A stretch of 63,865 nt of DNA, filler included, from Saprolegnia diclina VS20 (taxonomy: Eukaryota), in assembly GCF_000281045.1 (NCBI RefSeq). It is 7 parts of 3 records of this genome, joined end to end, with 100 filler letters (N's around TTAATTAATTAA, not from the genome) between each part and the next. Parts side by side here need not be neighbours in the genome. Positions count along the whole stretch, not along the records: positions 10,758 to 18,987 come from NW_008246117.1; positions 19,088 to 42,101 come from NW_008246117.1; 5 more parts are not named here. One strand, written 5' to 3'. This document shows, one piece after another, positions 12,775 to 22,837 of the stretch. Made by a program: the position numbers and the translations under genes. How positions within the stretch are numbered: the stretch's first letter is position 1; each line of letters starts with the position of its first letter. The notes under the pieces were generated by a model that saw only the letters and a list, made by a program, of their open reading frames with translations, did no database searches and was not told the DNA's origin.

Positions 12775-12950
12775 ATACCTTCTCGGCCTTTTGGCTAAGA
12801 TCAAGTGTAGTATCTGTTCTAATCAGTGTGAAAACTGATTTCCACACTTCGGTGTGGTTTTTTTTCACATTCATTTTTACAACTTCCGCTAGTCCAGTTG
12901 GCTTGCCACTGACTATTGGACTGGTTTCCGAGGGCCCAGCACTCCTCCCT
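12775..12950 (+). ncRNA. U2: U2 spliceosomal snRNA (3' end approximate)
   Basis: Starts with ATACCTTCTCGGCCTTTTGGCTAAGATCAAGTGTAGTATCTGTTCT, the conserved U2 5' region containing the branch-site-pairing GTAGTA. Also stem IIa (tcagt..actga), an Sm-like ATTTTTA, and the agtcca...tggact stem III. Confidence 0.95.
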
Positions 12951-13476
12951 TGTGAAGCCTACCTACTACGCTTGACCTCTTTATTCTAAACCACACTCCT
13001 AGACTTGTTGACCGAACATCAAAAACTCTTCGCTCCACGGGCGTAGCGAGTGCACGCTGCGCAGCTGGGTCCGGCGCCAAGCGCAGTACGCTAAAATGGA
13101 GTGCGCTTGCATCAAGCACGAAACGAGCGGTGCAAATCTTCTTGCTATGGTTTGCGTTACGTATGCTTTTGATGGTAGCTACTAGGCAAATTGATACTCC
13201 ACGACATTGCTGTGAACGGGACTTGCGGTCGTGTAGCTCAGCTCTCCATTTCCTGTACACCAGAGCCAACGCTGTCCCCACCAATCGACCCCCAGAAGAA
13301 AACTGCTTATAACGAGCACTTCAAAATTGCACAATAATGTCTTCGGTCGAGAGGCTGACAACTTCGCTTGTGCCAGCGCAATCCTCTGGCTTCGATATTT
13401 TCCGGAGCCTGTATCCGGATTCGAATCTTTCAGCTTCGAAATATCTTGGGCAGTCGACGAGAAGACGCGGGCCAGG

Positions 13477-16400
13477 ATGAAGACGTGGACGACAATGCTG
13501 CTAGCCTGCGTTGCCGTCGTCCTGGCGCAGAAGAAGAGGACATGCCCCGGCGGCGAGAACCCATGCAGCCTCCACGGCTCTTGCATGATCAGCCGCATGG
13601 GCGAATACGTCTGCAACTGCCAATGGGGCTATACGGGCGCCGACTGCAGCCAAAGTGCGTGGCATCGACTCGCCGTATTCATTGTGGCTCATTGCGGCTG
13701 TGGCTAGAGATGTGTCCGCACGGCGTCGACCCGGCGACGAGCGCGACCAAGCAAGAGAAGAAGGTCCGGCTGCAAGTCCGTGGCCCGAACGAGGACACGT
13801 TGGCTGCCGCGGGCCGGCTCTTCCTCACGTTCCACGGGCACACGGTCGAGATGGAGGTCGATACAGCCGTCTCGAGCGAGCGCTGCACCAAGGTTTTTCA
13901 GCGCTTCCACAACCTCGGCGCCGTCGTACGCTCTCGATCGTGTGCTGCAACAGATGACGAACCATATGCGTAGAGCTGCGTGCGGTCACCGACACTCGCT
14001 GCCTCGGACGTCCTCTTGCAGCTCGACATAACGCTGCATTCGTTCCCGATCTACCCAATCATGAACAACCTGTACTTTCATGACGGCAATCCGCCGGCCA
14101 CCGACTTTGGCTGCGAGACCGGCGGTGTCAAAGCCCTTGCGTGTGCTTTTACAAGCCTCGCCGATGCCAACGTCAAAGGTACGTCACTGGTCTACACCCG
14201 AATTATCTCCATTTTTGACCTCCTAGGCTACGTGCCGTGTGCCAACCACGGCAAGTGCAATGCCCGGTCCGGTCTCTGTGCGTGCGAATCGGGCTTTTAC
14301 GGTGTCCACTGCGGGCACAACGAAGATGCGGCCGATATGCTGCTGGGTTTGGCGCCCGGTCCATTCTTTTCCGGTAATTTGCTCAAATTATCCGCATCAA
14401 GAAGCCCGGATGCCGCGTTCAACTTGATCCACGTGGATGTGGCGGGCGCGCCGATCTTTACGATGGACGGGCGCGGCGACACGACGCTGCACCAAGGCTC
14501 CTTGGTGGTCGAGGCCCTCCGTGCGTCTCGGATCGAGGTATTTTCCGTCCTGTTTTTAAACTATCAACTTGAAACGTTGATACTTTTTGATATTAGGTGC
14601 ACGGCGACGTGAGTGTGCACCGCGCCAATTTCCACGTACAGGACGGCCACGTCCGTCTTCAGAAAACCCTACGTGGGGACGGCGGCGCGTCACCCGTCCT
14701 CGCCATCGACGCCAGAATGGAAGCCGAGACGTGCGTCATCGACGAGATCGGTCCGCTCTTCCGCGTCGCCCTCAACGACGCCTCGCTCCTCTCGCTGGAC
14801 GCCATCGGACGCCTTGAGACTAAGGCGGTCAATGTTCACGAGACACTCCGAGTGGCCAAGGACACGGCGCTCGACGGCCACGTCGCGATAGGCGGTGCAG
14901 CGACCATCCGCGCCGGGCTTGAGATTGCAACCAACGGACTCCGTGTGGCCCACGGCGGTGCTGGGATCGTCGGCGGCGCTGTTATATCGGGCGATGCGGC
15001 CTCGCGCCATGTCCTGCATCTGACTGGCGTCAGTAGCGAGAGCCAGCTACGGCTCGAGCAGCCAAGCAGCAGCCATCGCGCTGCGTACCTCACCTGCGCC
15101 AACGATGAGAAGCGGGTGTTTGAGATTGCAGCGACCGGTATGACGACGCTGCACGGCCTCCACGTTGAGAGCGGTGGCGTCGCCGTCCATGCCGGTGGCC
15201 AAGTGATCCACGCGGGTGGGCTGCACATTGCGTCCGGCGGCCTCCACGTCGCCAAGGGCCATGTACAATTTGACAGCTCACTCTCGTTCCAGGGCGGGCT
15301 CGTCGTCAATGGCTCAGAGAGTGCCACGTACGCCGTGTTGTCTACCCCGGGGCACACTCGTGATACATGGCGTTGTAGGCCAAGCCTCGTGGCGAAAGCG
15401 GGACATGCGCACTTTGCATCGAGCGTCTTGCATGTGGATGCCTCGGCGGTACACCGGTGTATACCAGATGCAGTCGTATATGATACCTGCTAGGTCGACT
15501 TGAAGGCATCCGCGGGGTTTCGGCTCATACAGGCCACCACGTCGGCGGGCACTGTTGTTGCGATCGATGGACATGGCAATCTCACGACCTCTGGCAGTCT
15601 CCGCGCGGGCGGTGCGGTCGTCGCCAGTGGCCCATTGATTGCCGAGACACAAGCGCTGCTTCGGCCGATACGACTCGTTGCAGCCAAGCACCTCGCGATC
15701 CCGTGTACCCACAGCTACGTCCAAGTCCTCTCGGACGGCGTGTCGCATAGCAGTAGCACGCAGACGCTATCGATCGACGGCGCCGCGTACGGGCAGCTGC
15801 TCGTAGTGCAAAATGCTGACGAAGACGCGCTCTCGTCGCTCAAGATCCCGCCGCAGTCGTCGGCGCTGTTTGTGTTTGACGGGCAAGCCTGGCAGACGCT
15901 GACAGCTACCGAGTTTGACACGACGCAGCTCATGAACGTCAAGGAGTTCTCGGCCGCGGCCGACCTCAACATTGGCAACCACATGCTCTCGGCCAAGGCC
16001 ATCCAGGTCGATTATATATATATATTTCTTGACGCAGCGAGGATCGAACCGAGGACCGATTGTAGGTCGCCGGGCAGACTGCGAGTCACGTTGCGTATTA
16101 TGGCAAGGGCGGCGTCCTTAGCGGCGAACCGGCACTGAGCTACGACAGCGCGTCCCAGACGCTAAGTACGCATCAGCTCAAGGTCCACGCGCTCGTCGGC
16201 AAGATCGACATGTCCAACTCGGAGCTGCGAGGCGTCGACATCATTGGCGGGCACCTCCGTGGTATCGTATCAATCTATCAAGTTGCAAAAACGTGAAAAT
16301 TACGTGTAGGGATCAACTTGAGTGCGCTCACGCTCGAGGTGGCGGGGGAGATGTATGTCGAGTCGAATGCGTTTGTCGGCGGTTGGCTCACCGTCGACGG

Positions 16401-16797
16401 CCAAGTCATGGGGTCGGGCTCGTACGTCGACTCGTCGGATGAGCGCTTCAAACGAAACGTGTCGAATTTACTCGACGCGTTGCCGCGTCTGCAGCAACTG
16501 CGAGGCGTCAGCTACGACTACAGGACGGAGGCCTTTCCGCAAAAGCACTTTTCAACCCGCCGAGAGATTGGCTTTATTGCGCAAGAAGTCGAAGCCGTGC
16601 TGCCCGACGTGGTCACGACCGACGCCAACGGGTTCAAGTACGTGGCCTACGCGCGCATCGTCCCGCTCGCTGTCGAAGCCATCAAAGCGCAAGCGGCAAG
16701 AATCGATGCGCTGACCGAGAGTGTGCGCTCGCTGCAAACCCAAGTCGCTGCGTTGCAGGCGCTCGTCGCACAAACGTTGGACGTGTCGAGACGTTAA
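13477..16797 (+). CDS. Secreted EGF/mastigoneme-like head + Gly-rich beta-repeat shaft + C-terminal Peptidase S74 (intramolecular chaperone/auto-processing) domain; 9 exons, 969 aa
   Basis: Exons 13477-13654, 13708-13925, 13974-14178, 14227-14537, 14597-15327, 15379-15448, 15494-16006, 16066-16261 and 16310-16797 (all GT-AG) total 2910 nt in one frame. Signal peptide MKTWTTMLLACVAVVLA, two EGF-like units, then SSDERFKRNV...LRGVSYDY...IGFIAQEVEAVLPDVV...YARIVPLAVEAIK followed by a coiled coil. Confidence 0.9.
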
Positions 16798-17553
16798 TAA
16801 CACTAGTTGATGGAGTAATGATGCAAAATGTAAATTGTCGAGTCACACAATGGTCTGTTCCGCTGGCTTGGGGGCCAAGGTGGAGGACGCGTGAGCTGGA
16901 TACCGTCGGCAACAATACCCAATTTCCAATGGCAACAATAGAATTGTCGAAAATTGTCGACATGCCAATTATTGCCCTCGTGGGCTCCGCGCGTCGACAG
17001 CAAGATGAGGCAAAGACTCGGCCTTCAGAAGGGACGAAGAGCAAATGTCCGTGTTGTGAATGTCCAGCAACAGCGAATGGTCCTCTACGATGGCGAACCG
17101 GTTAAGTGAGCCGGTTGCAACCCATTTCAGCGAAAACCGGCGACCACCAGCGCCCTTTGCGAAGCATCGAGAACGCTCCGACGAATAAGTACTTTGTTAA
17201 TGGCACCATTCTGACCATTCTGATACCACCCACCGATGACGGCTCGCACTGGCTGGCACAGCTGCTCCACCTTGGGGCGCGCCGTCAATGGCTGCATGGA
17301 TGGCTCAACTGCCACACTCGCACGCGCCAAAGACTGCTACCAAGACACCATTAATGTACTCGACTTAAGTAGATATAAATGTAATAACCGAGTAAGCTCA
17401 GCATTGTCAATGATCACACAATACCCTAGTCCTTGTCTTCTGAAGAGCCGCTGGGTGGTGTCGCATCGACCATCATTCTTAACTTGCGTGTTTTCAGCCG
17501 GCCAATCACAACGGAAGGTCCAGTTCCACGGTAGTAGACAGCGAACGTACACG

Positions 17554-18848
17554 ATGATGGAGCTCGACGACGCAGCCTGCATGGACCTCCTCTGCGACTT
17601 TGTGCTGTGCCCGACCTTTGGCAGCAGTGAAAGCACCGGCGACGACGACGAGAGCCATGCGCAGCCACCGGCCAAGCGCCCGCGGAAGCGCGAGGCGCAT
17701 CACATTGCGGCGCTTCGATCGACGGTCGCGGACCTCGTGGCACAGCGCGACGCGCTCCAGGCACGCAAGCAACGCGCGACGCAGTCGCCATGGGAGGCCA
17801 CATCCCGGCGCCAAGCGGCGGCGCGCTTCGCGGTCGAGCAAGAGCACGCGCAGCTCACCCGGGCGGTCGCGTCCCAAGCCCGGCTCCTCGAGTCGCTGCA
17901 AACCGTCTTGGCACGGCCACAGTTGGTCGACATGCCCATCTTGGCGCCGCGGCTTCTGGACGCGCCATCGTCGCTGCGGCGCGCGACCGCCGAAGCGCTG
18001 GTCCACGCCGAGTACGGCCGCCTCGAGAGCATTGTGCTCGCCTCCAAGATTCATCACGCGACGTCCCGGGTGCAAAACACGAGCATTACGTACGATGAGA
18101 GCGCACACGCGATCCGCGTCGACTGCACCATGGCGCAGATGCACAACTTGACCGTCGACCAGTGCGCACTGGCCATCTGGAAATACTACAACAATCTGGT
18201 GCCGATTGAAGTCAAGGACACGTCATTTGTGGTACATTATTGATCTGGTTCAAACTCGGATTGTACTAGAAACGACAATTTGTAGGTGCTGGAAGAGTGG
18301 GATGCCAACTTGTCGTACGGCCGCCTCATCATGGAGACACCTGGCGTCGAGATCCACTGCCACGTCGTGCAAAAGCGGTTTATCGAGCCGAACCGCGTGG
18401 TCATTTGCTCGGCGACGATCGCCCATGATGAAAAGTATCCGTACGACCCCGACGCCTACGTCCTCCACGAAAGCACTTGGTGCGTGATGCGACACTGTGT
18501 CGTTTTTGCATATTTAAAGGATTAAACTATTGCATTAGGATTGCGATCGAAACCGGGAGCAAGCCCAACATGGCGCGGGTCTACTACTGCGGACAGGGTT
18601 CGGTGCCGTGTGCGCCAAAGCCGACGCCGACCATGCCGTACGAATCGCTCGCGAAATCGCTGTCTACATGTTACAATGCGCATTTGGACGCTGTCAAGCT
18701 TGTCAACGTACCCATCACGCCGTCGACGCAGCCGTCACAGAAAAATTTGACGGGTCATGTGGAGAATTTGCAGCAGCAAATCAACGGACTCCAGTCGATC
18801 GTGCTGCAACAACAAAAGATGCTCCAGGCCATGATGCTGTCGCGGTAG
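17554..18848 (+). CDS. Oomycete basic/coiled-coil + START-like protein (M96-like family), 3 exons
   Basis: Basic PPAKRPRKRE is followed by heptads (IAALRSTVADLVAQRDAL) and SPWEATSRRQ...EQEHAQL; the C-terminal region has VQKRFIEPNRVVI...DEKYP. Introns at ~18232-18285 and ~18480-18538. Confidence 0.65.
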
Positions 18849-19088
18849 CGCCAACCGATCGACGCGGCGTGGAATACGTAGCCCCTTGGTCCGAAATGAG
18901 CCTTTTTCAAAATATACAACATAGTTCATCTGCAAGACAACGGATGACGACGATGAACGATCGGTTCACTTTGCGTTTTGTCTCGAANNNNNNNNNNNNN
19001 NNNNNNNNNNNNNNNNNNNNNNNNNNNNNNNTTAATTAATTAANNNNNNNNNNNNNNNNNNNNNNNNNNNNNNNNNNNNNNNNNNNNT

Positions 19089-19461
19089 AACAACGCTCCA
19101 TGTCACGGAGACCCCCATCGGTGACGACGATTTCGTCACCATTGTGCGTGAGCTGCCAAATTTGAGCGAGCTTGCATTGCACCACACGCGAATCACGGCG
19201 CTGCCGCCCGAGCTTTTTCGTCTGCCGAGCTTGCAGACTGCATTCTTGTCGTCGTGCGCGATCACCGCGTGGCCGTCGGGGCCCGTGGCGCCGCTCGCGG
19301 GGTTCCTCGATCTGTCGTGCAACCCGCTCACCCGCGTGCCGCCTTGGGTGCAACTCGACGCTGTGTGCGAGGCATCATTGTGCAGTCGCCAATTGCTTGC
19401 CAACGGCCTCTGCAACTATGCGTGTGACGACGCACAGGCCTGTGCGCGGTACTTTCCCTAG
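19089..19461 (+). CDS. Leucine-rich-repeat protein, 3' fragment with Cys-rich (LNR-like) tail
   Basis: LPNLSELALHHTRITALPPELFRLPSLQTAFLSSCAIT and LDLSCNPLTRVP are followed by CSRQLLANGLCNYACDDAQAC; the fragment begins at a linker. Confidence 0.75.
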
Positions 19462-19570
19462 TCCTACCCTAGCCCTACGCTAAACCTCCACCCTAAGCTT
19501 AGTCCATCGGCTAAACACCACATGCATGCTCAAGACTTGCATTACGTGACATCGTCGCGCGTGGGTCTGA

Positions 19571-20245
19571 CTACCCGTAGTGCATACCGGGGGGCGGGGG
19601 GTCCTTGAACACCTTTTTGGGGGGCGTCGTTGGCGCCGGCTCCTCCAATTGTGGCGCCGTCGACGCATGGCCAAACGGACGCGGCGGTGTCATCGGGTCG
19701 TGGGTCGCGTCATGGTGCGTGAGCAAGTCGCTGTACCCGGGCAACGTCGCTTTTGGTGCGATCGAGCACGTATTGCGCTCGTACGAGTGCGTCTGCGTCG
19801 CCATCTGCGCCAACGTGCACCCGCAGCAGCAAAAGGTGAGCAAGCAGTCGGTCGCGACCGAGCCCGGAATCGAGAGCCGCGTGCGCAGCTTGTAGCGCAA
19901 GTACCACATGAGCAGCCACGGCAGCACCGCACCATAACCCGTGCCGTAGCAGAGGGCAAGGCCCAAGAGCATCGGGTAGTAGCTCGCAACGCCAAGACGC
20001 GCCATGGTCTGCGCCAACGACACACACGGGCAGAAGAAAGCCAAGAGGCAGTTGGGCACCACGTCGGTCAAGCAGCCAAACACTGGCGCCTCCCAGCGCC
20101 CGACCACGAGCACGTTCTCGTCACGCGGGCGGTCGCCCGTCAGGTACGTGCCCGTCGTGTCGCGGTGGTGCTCATCGTCGTCGCGGACGTCGTCGACCTT
20201 GGGGCTCAGCGTCTGCAGCGGGGTCGCCTTGGAGGAATCAAACAT
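19571..20245 (-). CDS. PLAC8 family Cys-rich protein
   Basis: GRWEAPVFGCLTD..NCLLAFFCPCVSLAQ, LRYKLRTRLSIPGS...DCLLTFCCCGCTLAQM. Confidence 0.9.
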   Translation of the reverse strand: MFDSSKATPLQTLSPKVDDVRDDDEHHRDTTGTYLTGDRPRDENVLVVGRWEAPVFGCLTDVVPNCLLAFFCPCVSLAQTMARLGVASYYPMLLGLALCYGTGYGAVLPWLLMWYLRYKLRTRLSIPGSVATDCLLTFCCCGCTLAQMATQTHSYERNTCSIAPKATLPGYSDLLTHHDATHDPMTPPRPFGHASTAPQLEEPAPTTPPKKVFKDPPPPGMHYG

Positions 20246-20668
20246 TGCAGCGCAAAAGCGAAAGTGCGCGATGGCAGACACACAATGACGATGGGGCCAC
20301 ATCTTCTGCCCAACGGGCTATTCTGGCTTGTTCCCGTGGGAGGCCGCGTTGGGACAGGACGCTTGCGATCGCTCCTGACCTCGCGAACGGCGGCTAGTCA
20401 CTGGCATGGTGGCCAAGAAAGTACCGTCGGTGGTCTGGTCGGTGGTCATACTCGGTGGTAGTAATGTTTGAAACCGAACTAGCGCATTAACCTAGCACCC
20501 TAGCACTCGACTACAATGGTGTCGTATCGATCGACTGCACAGTCGAACACCGCCGCCATTCGAGAAAGTTTAGTGAAGGCAGTTCATGGGGTGTAGCAAG
20601 CTCGCCGTCGACTCGACGGAACTTCCGTCTCGAACCAACGGATCCTGTAACCGTGTAACGTGAGTCCG

Positions 20669-21535
20669 ATGCCGCTGGGGTCGGCAAAGTTCAGCCGCGC
20701 GGCGTACGACGCCCACGTCCAAGGCCTCGTCCACCGCCGTCTCAACCCAATCTCAACGTATGTCGAGTACACGCTCGTCGAAGATTTGACGCCCTACGAC
20801 CTCTTTCGAGCGCCACGTCCCGTAACCACGGCGGCTCCGCTCGACGTGCCGGTGACAGAGTTGGATGCGGAGCTGACGTGCCCGATTTGTCTCGGCGTTT
20901 TGCAGCAGACCACAGTTGTGCCGGCGTGCTTGCACCGTTTTTGCCGAGGATGCATCGACGCCTGCCTCGCGAGCGGCAAGCACGAGTGTCCATCGTGTCG
21001 CGCAGGTATTCCCACCAAGCGCGCGCTGCGTGCGGACACAGCGTTTGATGCGCTCGTGCGACTGCTGCATCCGCCACCACCGCTACTGTCGCCAAGCAAG
21101 AAGCGAGCGACGCCCTACGGTACGCAACTCGAGGCAAGCGTCACAAGCCATCACGATGAGATAGACCTAACCGAGGCGACGACACTTGCTGTGACGTTTG
21201 CCCTGCTTGGTGCGACTACACCGTCGCAACTACAGTGGACGACGACGTTGGCGGCGACCGTGCACGAGGCCAACGAGTGGTTACGGCAGCAATTGCACGG
21301 ACCGGCCACCGTGTGCACGACGGACGGCGCCGCCCTCTCGATGGCAAGCTTGTGGACGCACCGACCGAGTACAATGCGCTCTACTACCGCACGACCGCGT
21401 GTCCGGATGCGTCGTCCTAACTATCTCAACACGCAGTCGATAGTGACGGCGTATCTTGCGCCTCTTGGCCGATCGTATCAACTTGATACATTGCAGTGCC
21501 GGATCCCTTTCTCTCCGTCAACTGTCATAGGATAA
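20669..21535 (+). CDS. RING1/RNF2-like C3HC4 RING E3 ligase (C-terminus uncertain)
   Basis: LTPYDLFRAPRPV and LTCPICLGVLQQTTVVPACLHRFCRGCIDACLASGKHECPSCR...KRALRADTAFDALV match the RING1/RNF2 pattern. Confidence 0.8.
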   Translation: MPLGSAKFSRAAYDAHVQGLVHRRLNPISTYVEYTLVEDLTPYDLFRAPRPVTTAAPLDVPVTELDAELTCPICLGVLQQTTVVPACLHRFCRGCIDACLASGKHECPSCRAGIPTKRALRADTAFDALVRLLHPPPPLLSPSKKRATPYGTQLEASVTSHHDEIDLTEATTLAVTFALLGATTPSQLQWTTTLAATVHEANEWLRQQLHGPATVCTTDGAALSMASLWTHRPSTMRSTTARPRVRMRRPNYLNTQSIVTAYLAPLGRSYQLDTLQCRIPFSPSTVIG

Positions 21536-21665
21536 AAACAATTTCATTTGGACACTGTATGTCGGCTAGAAGTGCCCGTGACCGGCACTAAGAAATGCGA
21601 TCTTGCGAAAGGGCACTCTTCGCGGCGCTTGGCCAAAGTCGAATTTGCCCCACAACGCGCAAGCC

Positions 21666-22197
21666 ATGGACCACGGACCGACCGCGATGGCGCAACCCAA
21701 TGTCAACCTTGACGGCATCGTCACGGGCCGCTGGAAGATTGCGATCTTTGGCTGCTTTGACACGTGTATTCCCAACAGTACGCGCCTATGTCTTGTCCTC
21801 GAATGCTCACAAGTGCAAACTAGCGGTCATGGTGACGTTTTGCCCGTGCGTGAGCATTGCGCAAGTCACGACGCGCATCGGATACGGCCAGTACCTGCAC
21901 GTGCTCCTCGCGTCCTTCTTCTTCTACATCATGTACCTCATTGCGTGCTTCGTCAAGGCATCGTGGTTCCGGAGCATCGTCGGCATCCTCGGCTTTGTCA
22001 TGTTCCTCTTCATGTGGCACCTGCGCTTCAAGGTACGCGGCCTCTTCCACATCCCTGGCTCGATCGTCGAGGACGGGCTCTGCGCGCTCTTCTGCGGCTG
22101 CTGCTCGCTGGCGCAAATGGCAACCCACGTCGAGTCGTACAAGCCCGGCGACTGCCAGTTCGAAGCTCGCGCGACGCTTCCGTCGTATCAAGTCTAA
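21666..22197 (+). CDS. PLAC8 family Cys-rich protein, 2 exons
   Basis: GRWKIAIFGCFDTCIPN|...TFCPCVSIAQ, LRFKVRGLFHIPGS, DGLCALFCGCCSLAQM; intron 21778-21823. Confidence 0.9.
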
Positions 22198-22837
22198 CTG
22201 CGCGCGCTTTCCAGTACCCTCGTCAACATGCATATGGTTTTCTGTGTCCTCTCGACTTGAGCAAAGATGGGCGACCGTTCCAGTGTCTTGCACTGTGGAT
22301 GCCATGGGTCGCATCTGCCAACCGAATTCGCACTACGGCGGTCGCGGAGAGGGACTTGGGACGTGCCGGCGGCCCTTTAGAGGCGCGAAGTCATGCGCGT
22401 TGATGTAGTAGGTAGAGCAAACTGTCGGCTGGGAGAATGGACGGTTCCTGTGTGGGCGCCAAGGAGGCCACTGAGCGTCACTACCAGCCGCAACCTCCCG
22501 CGTCAACGCATCGTGCCAAGCATCAGGTTAAGCATGCTTGACAACCGTGTTATCTTCGTCATGGCGGTCGGTTTTGGGTCTTGTATGCATGACGGCAGCT
22601 GTCGCCCATCGAAGTTGACTGCGATCGAATGCATCTCTTTTGCTCGGCTTGAGTGCGGTAAACACGCAAGGGGCTATCAGTTGACTGCTCATTCGCAGGC
22701 AGTCCGTCCTGTGCACGTACTGCCGACGTCGTGACTTGATGCGTTACGCGTAGTGACCATTGAACGCTAGAAAGTTGACCAGAAAGGCGCGAGGAAACCG
22801 CCGATGATGAGAAACGACGACGCCGCTTCACGTTCGA

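Noticed and set aside
13100..13130. Hammerhead ribozyme (hairpin followed by GAAAC)
   Set aside because: There is no CUGANGA core upstream on either strand.
13477..16797. Prophage, giant-virus insertion or bacterial contamination as the source of the S74 gene
   Set aside because: The gene has eight canonical introns, a eukaryotic signal peptide and EGF domains, host-like composition, and no neighbouring viral genes.
19454..19500. Telomere-like ccctag/ccctac/ccctaa run
   Set aside because: Irregular spacing, no consecutive perfect TTTAGGG/TTAGGG units, and a position in a short 3' intergenic region.
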